Of a stretch of DNA of 64,000 nucleotides, positions 32,448 to 45,221 are shown piece by piece. The DNA comes from Prochlorococcus sp. AG-363-N16. Its GTDB lineage: Bacteria > Cyanobacteriota > Cyanobacteriia > PCC-6307 > Cyanobiaceae. Numbering within the stretch: the first letter of the stretch is position 1; each line of letters begins with the position of its first letter. Location of the stretch: NCBI GenBank assembly GCA_003280135.1, contig QCFW01000002.1:40594-104593 (forward strand), written 5' to 3'. A program made the position numbers and the translations under genes. Below the pieces are notes generated by a model that saw only the letters and a list, made by a program, of their open reading frames with translations, did not search any database and was not told where the DNA came from.

Positions 32448-32604
32448 GCTGCTTCTCTGCCAATTAATAATTGGCATAGTAAAGGTGATTTTGCATTTTG
32501 GATGTGAAGCCTCGCGACAACCATTGTTATTTTTTTCGAAAATGTCTTTTTGCATGGGACAATAGGAACAAATGAAGAGAGCATTTGCTCCATCTCAACT
32601 CCCT

Positions 32605-32802
32605 ATGCAGGTAATTAGTTCAGTTGCTATTAACGCACTTCTCTTTGCTTCTTTGATATTGGTCGTTGGCGTCCCAGTGCTTTATATGACCCAATCCAAT
32701 CCAGAAGATCGTCGAAATGGTGAAATTAAAAAGATTGAGATTATTGGTGGTGTTTGGTTCCATCTGGTTTTGGTCAATGGCTTAATTTCTTACTTTGTTT
32801 GA
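32605..32802 (+). CDS. psbZ: Photosystem II reaction centre protein Z
   Basis: 65 aa from the internal ATG, with two TM helices. LILVVGVPVLY...GGVWFHLVLVNGLISYFV matches the PsbZ/Ycf9 layout. Confidence 0.85.
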   Translation: MQVISSVAINALLFASLILVVGVPVLYMTQSNPEDRRNGEIKKIEIIGGVWFHLVLVNGLISYFV

Positions 32803-32862
32803 ATTTGCACACTCTTCGTGCGAAGGTAGAAACTAATTAATTAGGCATTTTGCTGTTAAGAA

Positions 32863-33342
32863 ATGGCTTCAATTGAAGGTCGCTATACTAATGCGTCCAA
32901 TATTAAAGTTGGGATCGTTGTAGCTAGATTCAACGATTTAATTACTAGTAAACTTTTAAGTGGCTGTGTCGATTGCCTTTCTAGGCATGGAGTTGATACT
33001 TCAGATTTAAGCTCTCAGTTGGATATAGTTTGGGTCCCAGGTTCTTTAGAATTACCATTAGTTTGTCAAACACTTGCTAGAGCAAGTAAATATGATGTTT
33101 TAATTTCTCTAGGTGCTGTAATTAGAGGAGATACTCCTCATTTTGATGTAGTGATTGGGGAAACTAGTAAGGGAATTGCTTCAGTTTCTAGGGATTCTGG
33201 CTTGCCAATTATTTTTGGTGTTTTAACTACCGATACAATGCAGCAGGCTTTGGAAAGAGCTGGTATTAAAAGTAATCTTGGATGGACTTATGCTCTACAA
33301 GCCCTTGAAATGGCTTCTTTGATGAAGGAAATTAATTCATAA
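32863..33342 (+). CDS. ribH: 6,7-dimethyl-8-ribityllumazine synthase
   Basis: 159 aa with [27 protein letters not shown] and FGVLT. Confidence 0.95.
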   Translation: MASIEGRYTNASNIKVGIVVARFNDLITSKLLSGCVDCLSRHGVDTSDLSSQLDIVWVPGSLELPLVCQTLARASKYDVLISLGAVIRGDTPHFDVVIGETSKGIASVSRDSGLPIIFGVLTTDTMQQALERAGIKSNLGWTYALQALEMASLMKEINS

Positions 33343-33430
33343 ACCATTATCAATTTCAATATTTAATTGACCATTGCACCTTTTTTAAGGCATGCTTTTT
33401 GAGTATGGCTAACTAGCCTATTAATTTTCT

Positions 33431-33502
33431 GCGGATGTAGCTCAGTGGTAGAGCATCTCCTTGCCAAGGAGAGGGTCGAGAGTTCGAATCTCTTCATCCG
33501 CT
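33431..33502 (+). tRNA. tRNA-Gly (anticodon GCC)
   Basis: The cloverleaf folds by hand. Acceptor GCGGATG/CATCCGC, D arm GCTC-AGTGGTA-GAGC, anticodon arm TCTCC-TTGCCAA-GGAGA, T arm GAGAG-TTCGAAT-CTCTT. No encoded CCA. Confidence 0.95.
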
Positions 33503-33526
33503 TTCAATATGAAAAGTTCTTTCTAA

Positions 33527-34006
33527 TTATTTCTGATTTTCTTTAAGTAATAAGTTCTGATTGCTTTTATTCTCGAATCCAAGTTGTCGATAAAATTCAG
33601 AACTATTTGTTGTCATAAGGTAAATACGCTCAACATCACGAATTGGTTTCATTGATAAAAGCGCATTAACGACTTGCTTACCAAGACCTTGTCGTTGTAA
33701 ATCATCTGCTACTACGACATCCCATAAAACTGCACGATAGATCCCATCACTTGTTCCTCGTCCAAATCCGATCATTCTGTTTCCACTCCAAAGGCTTACA
33801 ATTGCTGAGCTGCCTGCTAATAATTGTTTAAGATTTCTGAAATTTCTTTTTTTAGCCCAGAAAGCATGAGCATTAAATAATTTTTGTAATTGATTTAGAC
33901 CTTGTAATGGGATTAAATTTGGTCCTAGCCCCAAAAGCCTTAATCCTGGTGCTCCTCGAGCATGCTTTACGAGCTTTATTTTAGAATTTTTGTAAGGTGA
34001 ACTCAC
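33527..34006 (-). CDS. GNAT-family N-acetyltransferase
   Basis: 159 aa with the acetyl-CoA motif A, LQRQGLGKQVV. Confidence 0.75.
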   Translation of the reverse strand: MSSPYKNSKIKLVKHARGAPGLRLLGLGPNLIPLQGLNQLQKLFNAHAFWAKKRNFRNLKQLLAGSSAIVSLWSGNRMIGFGRGTSDGIYRAVLWDVVVADDLQRQGLGKQVVNALLSMKPIRDVERIYLMTTNSSEFYRQLGFENKSNQNLLLKENQK

Positions 34007-34123
34007 TATTGGATTTTGGATTTATATAAGAGATAATCGATTTATAGCGCCTAATGCTTGTGATATGAACTTTTTGTCTCTCAGGTAGTTAGGCTAAATC
34101 AAACTGTAAGTAGTACTTAAATT

Positions 34124-36955
34124 ATGCTCAAGCTTTTGCTGGGAGACCCAAATGCCCGCAAGCTGAAGCGTTATCAGCCCATTGTTACTGATATCAATCT
34201 CTTAGAAGAGGAGATTGTTGCCTTAAGTGACGATGAACTTCGATCAAAAACATCTGATTTTCGAAATCGATTAGAGAAGGCGTCTATTTTTGAAAAGCAA
34301 CAAGAGTTATTAGATGAACTTTTGCCTGAGGTTTTTGCTGTAGTTCGAGAAGCAAGCAAAAGAGTGTTGGGGATGAGACATTTTGATGTTCAACTGATTG
34401 GGGGGATGGTTCTACATGAAGGTCAAATTGCTGAAATGAAAACAGGAGAAGGAAAGACATTAGTAGCCACATTACCTAGCTTCCTAAATGCTCTTACTGG
34501 TCGAGGAGTTCATGTAGTTACTGTGAATGATTACCTTGCTCGAAGAGATGCTGAGTGGATGGGGCAAGTGCATAGATTTTTAGGTTTATCAGTTGGCTTG
34601 ATTCAGCAAGATATGAATCCAATGGAAAGATTAAAAAATTACGAATGTGATATTACTTATGCAACCAACTCTGAACTTGGTTTTGATTATTTAAGAGATA
34701 ATATGGCAAATGATATTAATGAAATTGTTCAACGTAAATTCCAGTTTTGCATTATTGATGAAGTTGATTCTATTTTGATTGACGAAGCTAGAACACCATT
34801 AATTATTTCAGGACAAGTTGAAAGACCTCAAGAAAAATATCAAAAGGCTGCAGAAGTGGTTGGTTCTTTGTCTAGAGCGGAAGAAATGGGAAAAGACGGA
34901 ATAGATCCTGAAGGAGATTATGAGGTGGATGAAAAACAAAGAACTTGTACTTTGACTGATGAAGGCTTTGCTAAAGCTGAAAAATTGTTAAACGTAAATG
35001 ATTTATATGACCCTAAAGATCCTTGGGCTCATTATATAACGAATGCTTTAAAAGCTAAAGAATTATTTATTAAGGATGTGAATTACATAGTAAGGAATGG
35101 TGATGCTGTAATTGTTGATGAATTTACTGGTCGTGTTATGCCTGGCAGACGATGGAGTGATGGGCAGCATCAGGCTATTGAAGCAAAAGAACAATTAGAC
35201 ATACAGGCAGAAACACAGACTCTTGCTTCTATTACTTATCAAAACTTTTTTCTTTTGTATCCTAAACTTGCTGGAATGACAGGTACAGCTAAAACCGAAG
35301 AGGTTGAATTTGAAAAAACATATAAGCTAGAAACGGCTGTTATACCAACCAATCGACCACGTTCAAGAAACGATTGGGTTGATCAAGTTTTTAAAACTGA
35401 AACTGGGAAATGGAAAGCCGTAGCCAACGAAACAGTAAAAATTCACAAACAGGGGAGACCTGTTTTAGTTGGAACAACAAGTGTTGAAAAAAGTGAGCTT
35501 TTAAGCACTCTTTTAGACGAACAAAAAATTCCTCATAATCTTTTAAATGCGAAGCCTGAAAATGTTGAAAGAGAAGCAGAAATAGTTGCTCAAGCTGGTA
35601 GAGCAGGAGCTGTTACTATTGCCACTAATATGGCAGGAAGAGGAACGGATATTATTCTTGGAGGTAATAGTGATTACATGGCAAGATTAAAATTAAGAGA
35701 AGTACTGATGCCAAAATTAGTTAAACCCGAAGATGGGCATAAGCCTCCTGTGCCTATGCAGAGGCGTAATGAATCATCAGTTGGTTTTGGAGATACAAAT
35801 GTAGATAGAAAAATTGACAAATCAAATAATATTGGAAGTCTCTATCCTTGCTTATTAGATGAAGATACTGAGGAGTCACTTATTGATTTAGAGCATAAAT
35901 TAGTAAAAGAATGGGGAGATCGAGCTTTAACATCTATTGAACTTGAAGATCGTATTTCTACAGCAGCTGAAAAAGCTCCTACTAAGGATCCTATGATCAA
36001 GGCTTTAAGGGATTCTATTAACAAAGTTAGATCAGAATATGATGTAGTAGTTAAGCAAGAAGAAGTACAGGTTAGAGAGGCTGGTGGACTACATGTAATA
36101 GGAACTGAGAGACATGAATCTAGAAGAGTTGACAATCAATTAAGAGGCCGAGCTGGCAGACAAGGCGATTTAGGTAGCACACGTTTCTTTTTATCACTTG
36201 GCGATAATTTGCTAAGAATTTTTGGTGGAGACAGAGTTGCAGCTTTAATGAATGCCTTCAGGGTTGATGAAGATATGCCTATTGAATCAGGAATGCTTAC
36301 TAGATCTTTGGAAAGTGCGCAGAAAAAAGTTGAAACATATTATTATGATATAAGAAAGCAAGTTTTTGAATATGATGAAGTTATGAATAATCAGAGAAGA
36401 GCTGTTTATACAGAAAGAAGAAGGGTTTTAGAAGGAGCAGGATTGAAAAAACAAGTAATAAGTTATGGTGAAAAGACTATGGAAGAAGTGGTTTATGCGT
36501 ATGTAAATCCAGAACTTCCTTCAGAAGAATGGGATTTAAAACAATTATTAGGTAAAGTAAAAGAGTTTGTTTATTTACTCGAAGATTTAGAATCAGAAGA
36601 TTTAGAAGGCTTAGATATTGATGAATTAAAGGCTTTTCTTCAAGAACAATTACGTAACGCCTATGATATTAAAGAAAATCAAATTGAGGAGCAAAAACCA
36701 GGATTAATGAGAGAAGCTGAAAGATTTTTTATTCTTCAACAAATTGATACTCTTTGGCGTGAACATTTGCAAGCTATGGATGCTTTAAGAGAGTCTGTAG
36801 GTTTAAGGGGTTATGGACAAAAAGACCCATTAATAGAATACAAAAATGAAGGTTATGATATGTTCCTAGAGATGATGACAAATATGCGTAGAAATGTCAT
36901 TTATTCGATGTTTATGTTTCAGCCTGCAGCACCATCTTCTTCTTCAGAGGATTAA
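34124..36955 (+). CDS. secA: Preprotein translocase ATPase SecA
   Basis: 943 aa with [35 protein letters not shown] and [10 protein letters not shown]. Confidence 0.98.
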   Translation: MLKLLLGDPNARKLKRYQPIVTDINLLEEEIVALSDDELRSKTSDFRNRLEKASIFEKQQELLDELLPEVFAVVREASKRVLGMRHFDVQLIGGMVLHEGQIAEMKTGEGKTLVATLPSFLNALTGRGVHVVTVNDYLARRDAEWMGQVHRFLGLSVGLIQQDMNPMERLKNYECDITYATNSELGFDYLRDNMANDINEIVQRKFQFCIIDEVDSILIDEARTPLIISGQVERPQEKYQKAAEVVGSLSRAEEMGKDGIDPEGDYEVDEKQRTCTLTDEGFAKAEKLLNVNDLYDPKDPWAHYITNALKAKELFIKDVNYIVRNGDAVIVDEFTGRVMPGRRWSDGQHQAIEAKEQLDIQAETQTLASITYQNFFLLYPKLAGMTGTAKTEEVEFEKTYKLETAVIPTNRPRSRNDWVDQVFKTETGKWKAVANETVKIHKQGRPVLVGTTSVEKSELLSTLLDEQKIPHNLLNAKPENVEREAEIVAQAGRAGAVTIATNMAGRGTDIILGGNSDYMARLKLREVLMPKLVKPEDGHKPPVPMQRRNESSVGFGDTNVDRKIDKSNNIGSLYPCLLDEDTEESLIDLEHKLVKEWGDRALTSIELEDRISTAAEKAPTKDPMIKALRDSINKVRSEYDVVVKQEEVQVREAGGLHVIGTERHESRRVDNQLRGRAGRQGDLGSTRFFLSLGDNLLRIFGGDRVAALMNAFRVDEDMPIESGMLTRSLESAQKKVETYYYDIRKQVFEYDEVMNNQRRAVYTERRRVLEGAGLKKQVISYGEKTMEEVVYAYVNPELPSEEWDLKQLLGKVKEFVYLLEDLESEDLEGLDIDELKAFLQEQLRNAYDIKENQIEEQKPGLMREAERFFILQQIDTLWREHLQAMDALRESVGLRGYGQKDPLIEYKNEGYDMFLEMMTNMRRNVIYSMFMFQPAAPSSSSED

Positions 36956-36965
36956 AAATAGTTCT

Positions 36966-37709
36966 TTATCTCAATTGATCATCTCCTAAGAATTCAATGA
37001 TTTCTCTGTCTTTGAGATTTTGTGATTCCCCAGAAAGAGAGTTATTCGGTAATTCTCCTTTAGCTATAACTTTCAAGGCATTATTTAGTGAATTAACTTG
37101 TGACTCTAGTTCATCGATTCTATCCATAAGATTTCTAATTACATTTGCTTCTGTATCTGGTAAAGCTGAGTGAGCTAGAGGGTTGATTCTGACCCCACTT
37201 TGATGGACAACTCTTCCAGGTATTCCTACTACTGTGCTATTTGCTTCTACGTCTCTAACAACAACTGAGCCTGCGCCAATTCTTGTATTTGTTCCTACTG
37301 ATATAGCGCCAAGTACCTTTGCTCCCGCTCCAACTACTACATTTTCGGATAAGGTTGGGTGTCTTTTCCCATGATCTTTGCCAGTTCCACCCAAAGTGAC
37401 ACCTTGATAAAGAAGACATCTGTTGCCTATTTCTGTTGTTTCTCCAATAACTACTCCCATGCCGTGATCAATAAAAACTCCTGTACCAATTTTTGCCCCT
37501 GGATGAATTTCAATTCCTGTAAGAGATCGAGTCAGCTGACTTAAAACTCTTGGTAATAAAGGTAATCCTATTTTCCATAATTTATGACTCACTCTATGAA
37601 TAACAAGGGCTTGAAATCCTGGATAGCAAAGGAGTATTTCAATAAGACCTCTGGCGGCAGGATCTCTTTCCTTAATAATTGCAATGTCAGATTTAATTGC
37701 TTTGAGCAT
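36966..37709 (-). CDS. cysE: Serine O-acetyltransferase
   Basis: 247 aa with an N-terminal SAT helical domain and left-handed beta-helix hexapeptide repeats (GIEIHPGAKIGTGVFIDHGMGVVIGET). Confidence 0.93.
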   Translation of the reverse strand: MLKAIKSDIAIIKERDPAARGLIEILLCYPGFQALVIHRVSHKLWKIGLPLLPRVLSQLTRSLTGIEIHPGAKIGTGVFIDHGMGVVIGETTEIGNRCLLYQGVTLGGTGKDHGKRHPTLSENVVVGAGAKVLGAISVGTNTRIGAGSVVVRDVEANSTVVGIPGRVVHQSGVRINPLAHSALPDTEANVIRNLMDRIDELESQVNSLNNALKVIAKGELPNNSLSGESQNLKDREIIEFLGDDQLR

Positions 37710-37722
37710 TAAAAAAATTGAT

Positions 37723-38709
37723 TTATGTAGGAAGACCTATTTCTTTGCGAAGTTGCTTAATTGTAGATTCGCTTAAATAGTTTGCGGCACAATGAACTTG
37801 GGGCATTCGCATTAATTGGGACCTATTTTGTCTAAGTGTATTTTCGATTAGGGGTAGGCTTGGACTATCGCATAAAACATAATTTGCAGCACGTAATAGA
37901 GCTAGTAAACGACTGCCTACATCAGGATTTGCAGTCATCAGAAGTAGTTCATTTCCTCGAATGCTATGCAGAATTACTTCTGCTGCTCTTAGTATCCCTG
38001 GGCTTATACTTACAATTCCAACGCAACTACCAGCGCGTAGTTCTTTAAGCATTGAAAGTTCTTGTTGAAAATCACTAAGATCAACAGCTATAGCTCTAAC
38101 GCTATGGCGTTTTGCAAGTTCTTCTAGTGGTTGCAGAAAATACCGACTTGTCACAACTGTTCCATTATTTGAACTCTCAAGAATATTTTCTAATTCTTCC
38201 ATTGGAACAACTTCTACAGGCACATTTAAGTTAGGCCTTAATTCTTCTGCAATTAACATTGATGCTCCTATATCTTCCCTAGGAGTACTAACTAAGACCC
38301 GAGCACCACATTTCAGTCTCCAATCAATTTCTTGAGTGAAGAGTTCCCTTGTTTGTTGTAATGTGCATCCAGCCTCGAGAAGATTATCGACGCATTTACT
38401 GATTTCCTGGTCAATATTGGTAACTGATTTAGTGCGAGTATTGGTTGCACTTTTTATTCCCTTTTGTTTTTGTTGGTCTCTGACATATATTCCAGAGCCT
38501 GCTATAGCTTCAACAACACCATCAGTTTCTAGTTGCCTATATACCTTGCTAATCGTGTTTCTATGCAATCCTGTTTGCATTGCTAACTGTCTTGTGCTTG
38601 GCAGCCTGTGACCAGGGGGGTAATGTCGCGCTGCAATTGCAAAGCAAATTTGATTATAGAGTTGGCTTGATGCGGGAATGTCACTCTCTTGTTGAATATG
38701 GAATCTCAC
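37723..38709 (-). CDS. GntR-family transcriptional regulator, PlmA-like (cyanobacterial subfamily)
   Basis: 328 aa. The N-terminal winged HTH is LPSTRQLAMQTGLHRNTISKVYRQLETDGVVE. The long C-terminal domain and the size fit the PlmA subfamily as I recall it. Confidence 0.75.
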   Translation of the reverse strand: MRFHIQQESDIPASSQLYNQICFAIAARHYPPGHRLPSTRQLAMQTGLHRNTISKVYRQLETDGVVEAIAGSGIYVRDQQKQKGIKSATNTRTKSVTNIDQEISKCVDNLLEAGCTLQQTRELFTQEIDWRLKCGARVLVSTPREDIGASMLIAEELRPNLNVPVEVVPMEELENILESSNNGTVVTSRYFLQPLEELAKRHSVRAIAVDLSDFQQELSMLKELRAGSCVGIVSISPGILRAAEVILHSIRGNELLLMTANPDVGSRLLALLRAANYVLCDSPSLPLIENTLRQNRSQLMRMPQVHCAANYLSESTIKQLRKEIGLPT

Positions 38710-38875
38710 TCAGGTATGCCAGGTTTTGTTTTGACCTTCTTAGTCTAGTCCTAATCAGGGTGACAGTTAATTCTTTGTCATAAGATTATGTGACGGATGG
38801 GAGGTGAAAGTAAATGTTTTCAATAATTTGTCCATTTTGATAGATTTTATATAATTATCTAACGGTATTTTGTAC

Positions 38876-39487
38876 TTAATTATTTCTCCGTTGAGCTTTA
38901 TTGGATGTAGTAGTTACTTCTTTTTCATTTTTTATTAATGGCGTTTTTCTTGGTGTAAGAAACATAATCATATTTCTTCCTTCTCTTTTAGCTGCTTGTT
39001 GCACTTCTGCTTTTTCTTCTAGATCTTTAGCCATTCTGGCAAGAAGTGTTTCGGCAAGATTTGTATGTTGGATTTCCCTCCCTCTAAAAATCACTGTGCA
39101 TTTGACTTTATCTCCTGCTTTTAGAAATCTAGTTGCCTGACCTATGCGAACTTGATAATCATGCTCGTCAATTTTATATCGCATTTTTACTTCTTTTACC
39201 TCAGTTTGATGGGATTTCTTTTTTGCTTCTTTGGCCTTTTTTTCTTGTTCAAATTTAAATTTTCCATAGTTCATTATTCTGCAGACAGGTGGATCTGCTT
39301 TTTCACTGACGAGTACCAGGTCCAATTCTCTATCTTTCGATATTTCCAGGGCTTGTTCTCTACTAATCACTCCTAGTTGTGAACCATCAGCATCAACTAC
39401 CCGTAACTTTGGATATTTGATCCGTTCATTTATGTTAGGGAGCTCTCTGACAGGAGCGCGACGATCAAAACGAGGACGAGGTGGCAT
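38876..39487 (-). CDS. infC: Translation initiation factor IF-3
   Basis: 203 aa with [14 protein letters not shown]...LDLVLVSE...[15 protein letters not shown]. Confidence 0.95.
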   Translation of the reverse strand: MPPRPRFDRRAPVRELPNINERIKYPKLRVVDADGSQLGVISREQALEISKDRELDLVLVSEKADPPVCRIMNYGKFKFEQEKKAKEAKKKSHQTEVKEVKMRYKIDEHDYQVRIGQATRFLKAGDKVKCTVIFRGREIQHTNLAETLLARMAKDLEEKAEVQQAAKREGRNMIMFLTPRKTPLIKNEKEVTTTSNKAQRRNN

Positions 39488-39564
39488 TCAGGGATATTAA
39501 GGAATAGTGGAGAAGTAAAGAATTAAAGAAATCATTCTCAGATCTTATATCTACCTTGTTTAGC

Positions 39565-40458
39565 CTATAACGTTTCGATCAAAGATAGTGCTTCTGAAAG
39601 AGGGTTTTTTTCATTTAACCATTTTGCTTTGTGTTGTCCTTTAAACCAAGTTCTTTGTTTTTTAGCAAATTGATTCGTACGAATCGTTGTCATAACAATA
39701 GCCTCTTCAATCGAAGAGGTCCCTTCTAAGACATTTAGTGCTTCTTTATAACCTATTGTTTTTAGTAAAGAAAGATCTTTTCCAAATTCATCAATTAGCT
39801 TTTGTGTTTCTTCAAGTAAACCATTTTCGAAAATATTTCTTGTACGTTGAGCAATACGATCGTTGAGGTTTGCGGGGTTAAGTCCTAATTCAAGAAATCG
39901 CCAAGGTGGAGGTTTGATTGATTGAAGGGAACTCATTGTTTTTCCAGTTGCATAAAATACTTCTAGAGCTCTAATGGTTCTAGAACTGTCGGCAGCAGCA
40001 ATTTTGTTTGACGCTATTGGGTCACAATTCTTTAGTAATTGATGACAAGTTTGTTGACCAATTACTTTGAGTTGATTGCGAAGGAACTGTTGTGCAGGAA
40101 TAGCTGGAGGAACTAAGCCTGAAATTAAAGATTTTAAGTAAAGACCACTTCCTCCTACAACAAAACCTATTTTCTTTTCTTTTAAGTTTTTATCCAAGCT
40201 AACCATTGCTTCTTTTTGAAATTCATGAAGTGTTATTGGATTGTTTGGATGTCTAAGATCTAGTAAAAAATGTTTAATAAGTGATTGTTGGATTTTCGTA
40301 GGTTTTGCGGTTCCAATATCCATCCCTATGTAGAGTTGTCTCGAATCGATATTATGAATATCTAAGTTAAATCTTCTAGCTATTTCAATTGAAAGATCTG
40401 TTTTCCCACTAGCTGTAGGTCCCATTAGAACTATCACCAGAGGTTTTTTATTCTTCAT
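39565..40458 (-). CDS. miaA: tRNA dimethylallyltransferase
   Basis: 297 aa with P-loop GPTASGKT, MDIGTAKP and GGSGLY. Confidence 0.93.
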   Translation of the reverse strand: MKNKKPLVIVLMGPTASGKTDLSIEIARRFNLDIHNIDSRQLYIGMDIGTAKPTKIQQSLIKHFLLDLRHPNNPITLHEFQKEAMVSLDKNLKEKKIGFVVGGSGLYLKSLISGLVPPAIPAQQFLRNQLKVIGQQTCHQLLKNCDPIASNKIAAADSSRTIRALEVFYATGKTMSSLQSIKPPPWRFLELGLNPANLNDRIAQRTRNIFENGLLEETQKLIDEFGKDLSLLKTIGYKEALNVLEGTSSIEEAIVMTTIRTNQFAKKQRTWFKGQHKAKWLNEKNPLSEALSLIETL

Positions 40459-40590
40459 GATTCTTCATGGGTTTTTCAGAACAATTAAGTTGAGTGGCTC
40501 TTTTATTGATTTATAGAAAATCTTTCAAAGCCTTTTTGGTTAGCCAGTGTTAAATTAATCATGCCAGGTATAGGTTTCTGGCTGATTTAA

Positions 40591-42606
<2,016 letters not shown>

Positions 42607-42608
42607 CA

Positions 42609-42938
42609 ATGAAGTTATCTTTTAGTTGGAGTTTTTTGATATTATTTGTTGCATTAATTTTGCCTGTTGATTTACCTGCGGGTGGGTCATTTAATAAAAA
42701 AGATAATGGTTGGGAATTTAATAATTCTAATATTTATTTTGCTAATGATTCCTGCCATCTTAGATCTCATCCTGATGCTAGTGGATTTTGCCTTCGCCAA
42801 ATACCCTTAGGAACCCCTCTTAGACTTATGAGAACTTGGAAAAATATAGATGGTTCTCTTTGGTTCCAAGTACAAATATATTCTTTAGAAATGATAGATA
42901 ATAATACTTTGCCTATTCGAGGATGGGTTAGTGTCTGA
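42609..42938 (+). CDS. Secreted small protein with possible bacterial SH3-like domain
   Basis: 109 aa with an N-terminal signal-like hydrophobic stretch. The pattern HLRSHPDAS...GTPLRLMR...WFQV...IRGWVS resembles the SH3b consensus. It starts 2 nt after the gyrB stop. Confidence 0.55.
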   Translation: MKLSFSWSFLILFVALILPVDLPAGGSFNKKDNGWEFNNSNIYFANDSCHLRSHPDASGFCLRQIPLGTPLRLMRTWKNIDGSLWFQVQIYSLEMIDNNTLPIRGWVSV

Positions 42939-43323
42939 TGCTATTCAGACCTTTTTGTTATTATCAATAGGATCAATTTTAGGTGCCAATCTTCGAATGG
43001 AGATAATCCATAGATTTAAGGATGCATATTTATTTAAGGGTGCGAATATAATATTTATAAATTTAGTTTCTTCTTTGATTTTAGGTTTTATAGTTGGCTT
43101 GCATCAGAAAAATTTTTATTTAATAAATAATAATAATTTCATTTTATTTTTTAATATTGGCTTCTTAGGAAGCTTGAGTACTTTTTCATCTTTTTTATTT
43201 CAGATATTTAGCAAAGTTATGGTTGGGAAAATATCTGATGCTTTTTTTATAGCCTTTTTCTCTATATTTAGTGGATTAATCCTAACGTATTTTGGTTACA
43301 TGGCTTCCAATGCAATCCAATAA
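42931..43323 (+). CDS. crcB: Fluoride ion channel CrcB/Fluc, copy 1
   Basis: 130 aa with four hydrophobic segments and the family motif GFLGSLSTFSSF. GTG start overlaps the upstream ORF by 8 nt. Confidence 0.85.
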   Translation: MSDAIQTFLLLSIGSILGANLRMEIIHRFKDAYLFKGANIIFINLVSSLILGFIVGLHQKNFYLINNNNFILFFNIGFLGSLSTFSSFLFQIFSKVMVGKISDAFFIAFFSIFSGLILTYFGYMASNAIQ

Positions 43324-43672
43324 CTTTGGTGCTTTGCAAAGAATCTTCCTTGTTTCTCTTGGTGCAATTCCAGGTTGCTTATTAAGGTCTTTGATTTCCG
43401 AACAATTATTTCTGAATCTTTTCTGTGCATTTATTCTGGGCTTTTTAGCAGGTTTTGATATGACTAAACGCTATCACTTGATTGTTGTGATTGGTTTTTG
43501 TGGATCTTGCACTACTTTTAGTTCATGGATGGTGCATTTAATGGAAGTGATTGTTCAAGGAAATTTTGAGAGGGCATTTTACTCTTTGATATCAAATTTA
43601 TTTTTAGGATTATTAGCATTATTTTCTGCTTTTTATTTTGGGAAAAAAATTAAACGGTCAATATTGCATTAA
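43310..43672 (+). CDS. crcB: Fluoride ion channel CrcB/Fluc, copy 2
   Basis: About 120 aa from ATG 43310 (the ORF is open from TTG 43292). Motif GFCGSCTTFSSW. It overlaps the end of copy 1. Confidence 0.85.
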   Translation: MQSNNFGALQRIFLVSLGAIPGCLLRSLISEQLFLNLFCAFILGFLAGFDMTKRYHLIVVIGFCGSCTTFSSWMVHLMEVIVQGNFERAFYSLISNLFLGLLALFSAFYFGKKIKRSILH

Positions 43673-43706
43673 TAGACATAAAATATTTTGACTTGCTAGT
43701 CATGCC

Positions 43707-45119
43707 ATGAATGAGGCTCAGGAATCAACTAGTAAGTCATTATCTCTAGGAAATGGTTCTTATTTTGCTGAAGAGTTAGGGCAGAAACTGGAAGAAAGTC
43801 TTTCAGCTGGTAATTATGATGCTGTTAAGGCATTACTAGAACATGTTCAGCCGGTTGATATTGCTGAGGCGATAGGGATTCTTCCACAGATACTTCAGGC
43901 TTTAGCATTTAGATTATTAACTAAAAATGAGGCTATAGAAGTTTATGAATACTTAGAACCTACAGTTCAACAAAGCTTGCTAGACCGATTGCGCTCAGGA
44001 GAAGTCCTTGAATTAATTGAGGAAATGGCACCTGATGATCGCGTACAGCTTTTTGATGAATTGCCTGCGAAAGTAGTAAGAAGACTTTTAGCTGAATTAA
44101 GTCCTTCAGAAAGAAGGGTTACTTCTCTTTTGCTTGGTTATGAACCGGAAACCGCTGGTAGGCTCATGACCACTGAATTTATTGATTTAAAAGAATTTCA
44201 TAGTGCAGAACAAGCTCTAACAATTGTTAGACGCCAAGCACCTTTTACGGAAACAATTTATAGCCTTTATGTAACAGATAGAGAAAGGCATTTAACAGGA
44301 ATATTATCTTTGAGGGATTTAGTCACCGCTAACCCTCAAGAATTAATTAGAGATGTAATGACTCAAGATGTGGTTAATGTTTCTACTAATACAGACCAAG
44401 AAGAGGTTGCAAGAGCAATACAAAGATATGATTTTTTAGCATTACCTGTTGTTGATAGAGAAAAAAGATTAGTGGGAATAGTTACCGTTGACGATGTCAT
44501 CGACGTTATCGAACAAGAAGCGACTAGAGATATTTATGCGGCTGGTGCTGTACAAGCTGGTGATGAAGACGATTATTTTCAAAGCGGATTATTTGCAGTT
44601 GCTAGAAAAAGAGTGGTTTGGTTAGCGATTCTTGTCCTTGCAAATGCATTGACAACAAAAGTAATTGCTATGAATGATGAGGTTTTACGTCAAGTGGTTT
44701 TATTGGCTGCATTTATTCCACTTTTGATTGGGACTGGTGGAAACGTTGGGGCTCAAAGTTCAACAGTTGTAATTAGGGGATTAAGTACTCAAAGGATTCA
44801 AACTTTAGGTCTTTGGAAAACTATTGGTCGAGAAACTATTGCTGGAGCTTTATTAGGGTTATTAATGTTGTTTTTTGTAGTGCCTTTTGCATGGTGGCAG
44901 GGAGAAGGGTTTTTAGTTGGAGCTGCTGTTGGTATTAGTTTGATGGCTATTACTACTTTGGCCGCAACTGCTGGCGCAGCTTTACCTTTATTGTTTGATC
45001 GTATGGGTCTTGATCCAGCTTTAATGTCTGCTCCTTTTATTACAACAGCTACTGATGTTGCTGGAGTTTTGATTTATTTAAGAACAGCTTCATGGCTGTT
45101 AACCAATATGCCAAATTAG
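43707..45119 (+). CDS. mgtE: Magnesium transporter MgtE
   Basis: 470 aa with an MgtE N-domain, a tandem CBS pair (LPVVDREKRLVGIVTVDDVIDV) and a C-terminal five-TM domain with GTGGNVGAQS. Confidence 0.93.
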   Translation: MNEAQESTSKSLSLGNGSYFAEELGQKLEESLSAGNYDAVKALLEHVQPVDIAEAIGILPQILQALAFRLLTKNEAIEVYEYLEPTVQQSLLDRLRSGEVLELIEEMAPDDRVQLFDELPAKVVRRLLAELSPSERRVTSLLLGYEPETAGRLMTTEFIDLKEFHSAEQALTIVRRQAPFTETIYSLYVTDRERHLTGILSLRDLVTANPQELIRDVMTQDVVNVSTNTDQEEVARAIQRYDFLALPVVDREKRLVGIVTVDDVIDVIEQEATRDIYAAGAVQAGDEDDYFQSGLFAVARKRVVWLAILVLANALTTKVIAMNDEVLRQVVLLAAFIPLLIGTGGNVGAQSSTVVIRGLSTQRIQTLGLWKTIGRETIAGALLGLLMLFFVVPFAWWQGEGFLVGAAVGISLMAITTLAATAGAALPLLFDRMGLDPALMSAPFITTATDVAGVLIYLRTASWLLTNMPN

Positions 45120-45221
45120 AATTTCCATAGGTATTTATTCTTATCTTCCTTGAGACAAAGAGAAATCACTTTGCCTTTACACTTCTTAATGTTATTCTTA
45201 ACAAAACTCAATAGAGCAACC

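Noticed and set aside
29691-32555. Long N-terminal extensions implied by the maximal ORFs. These affect mutS to 32555, clpP to 16564, the sigma factor from 45150, ahcY from 49791, DedA from 51241, smpB to 58599, ruvB from 58560, psbZ from 32572, asd from 18114 and sqdX to 6120.
   Set aside because: The extensions do not resemble the conserved family N-termini. They often use TTG/GTG starts and would create large overlaps with neighbours, so I preferred internal starts that match the family N-termini.
42607-42931. Searched for a fluoride (crcB-motif) riboswitch upstream of the crcB pair.
   Set aside because: The region is fully occupied by a plausible coding ORF, and I saw no GGCGAUG…-like conserved core.
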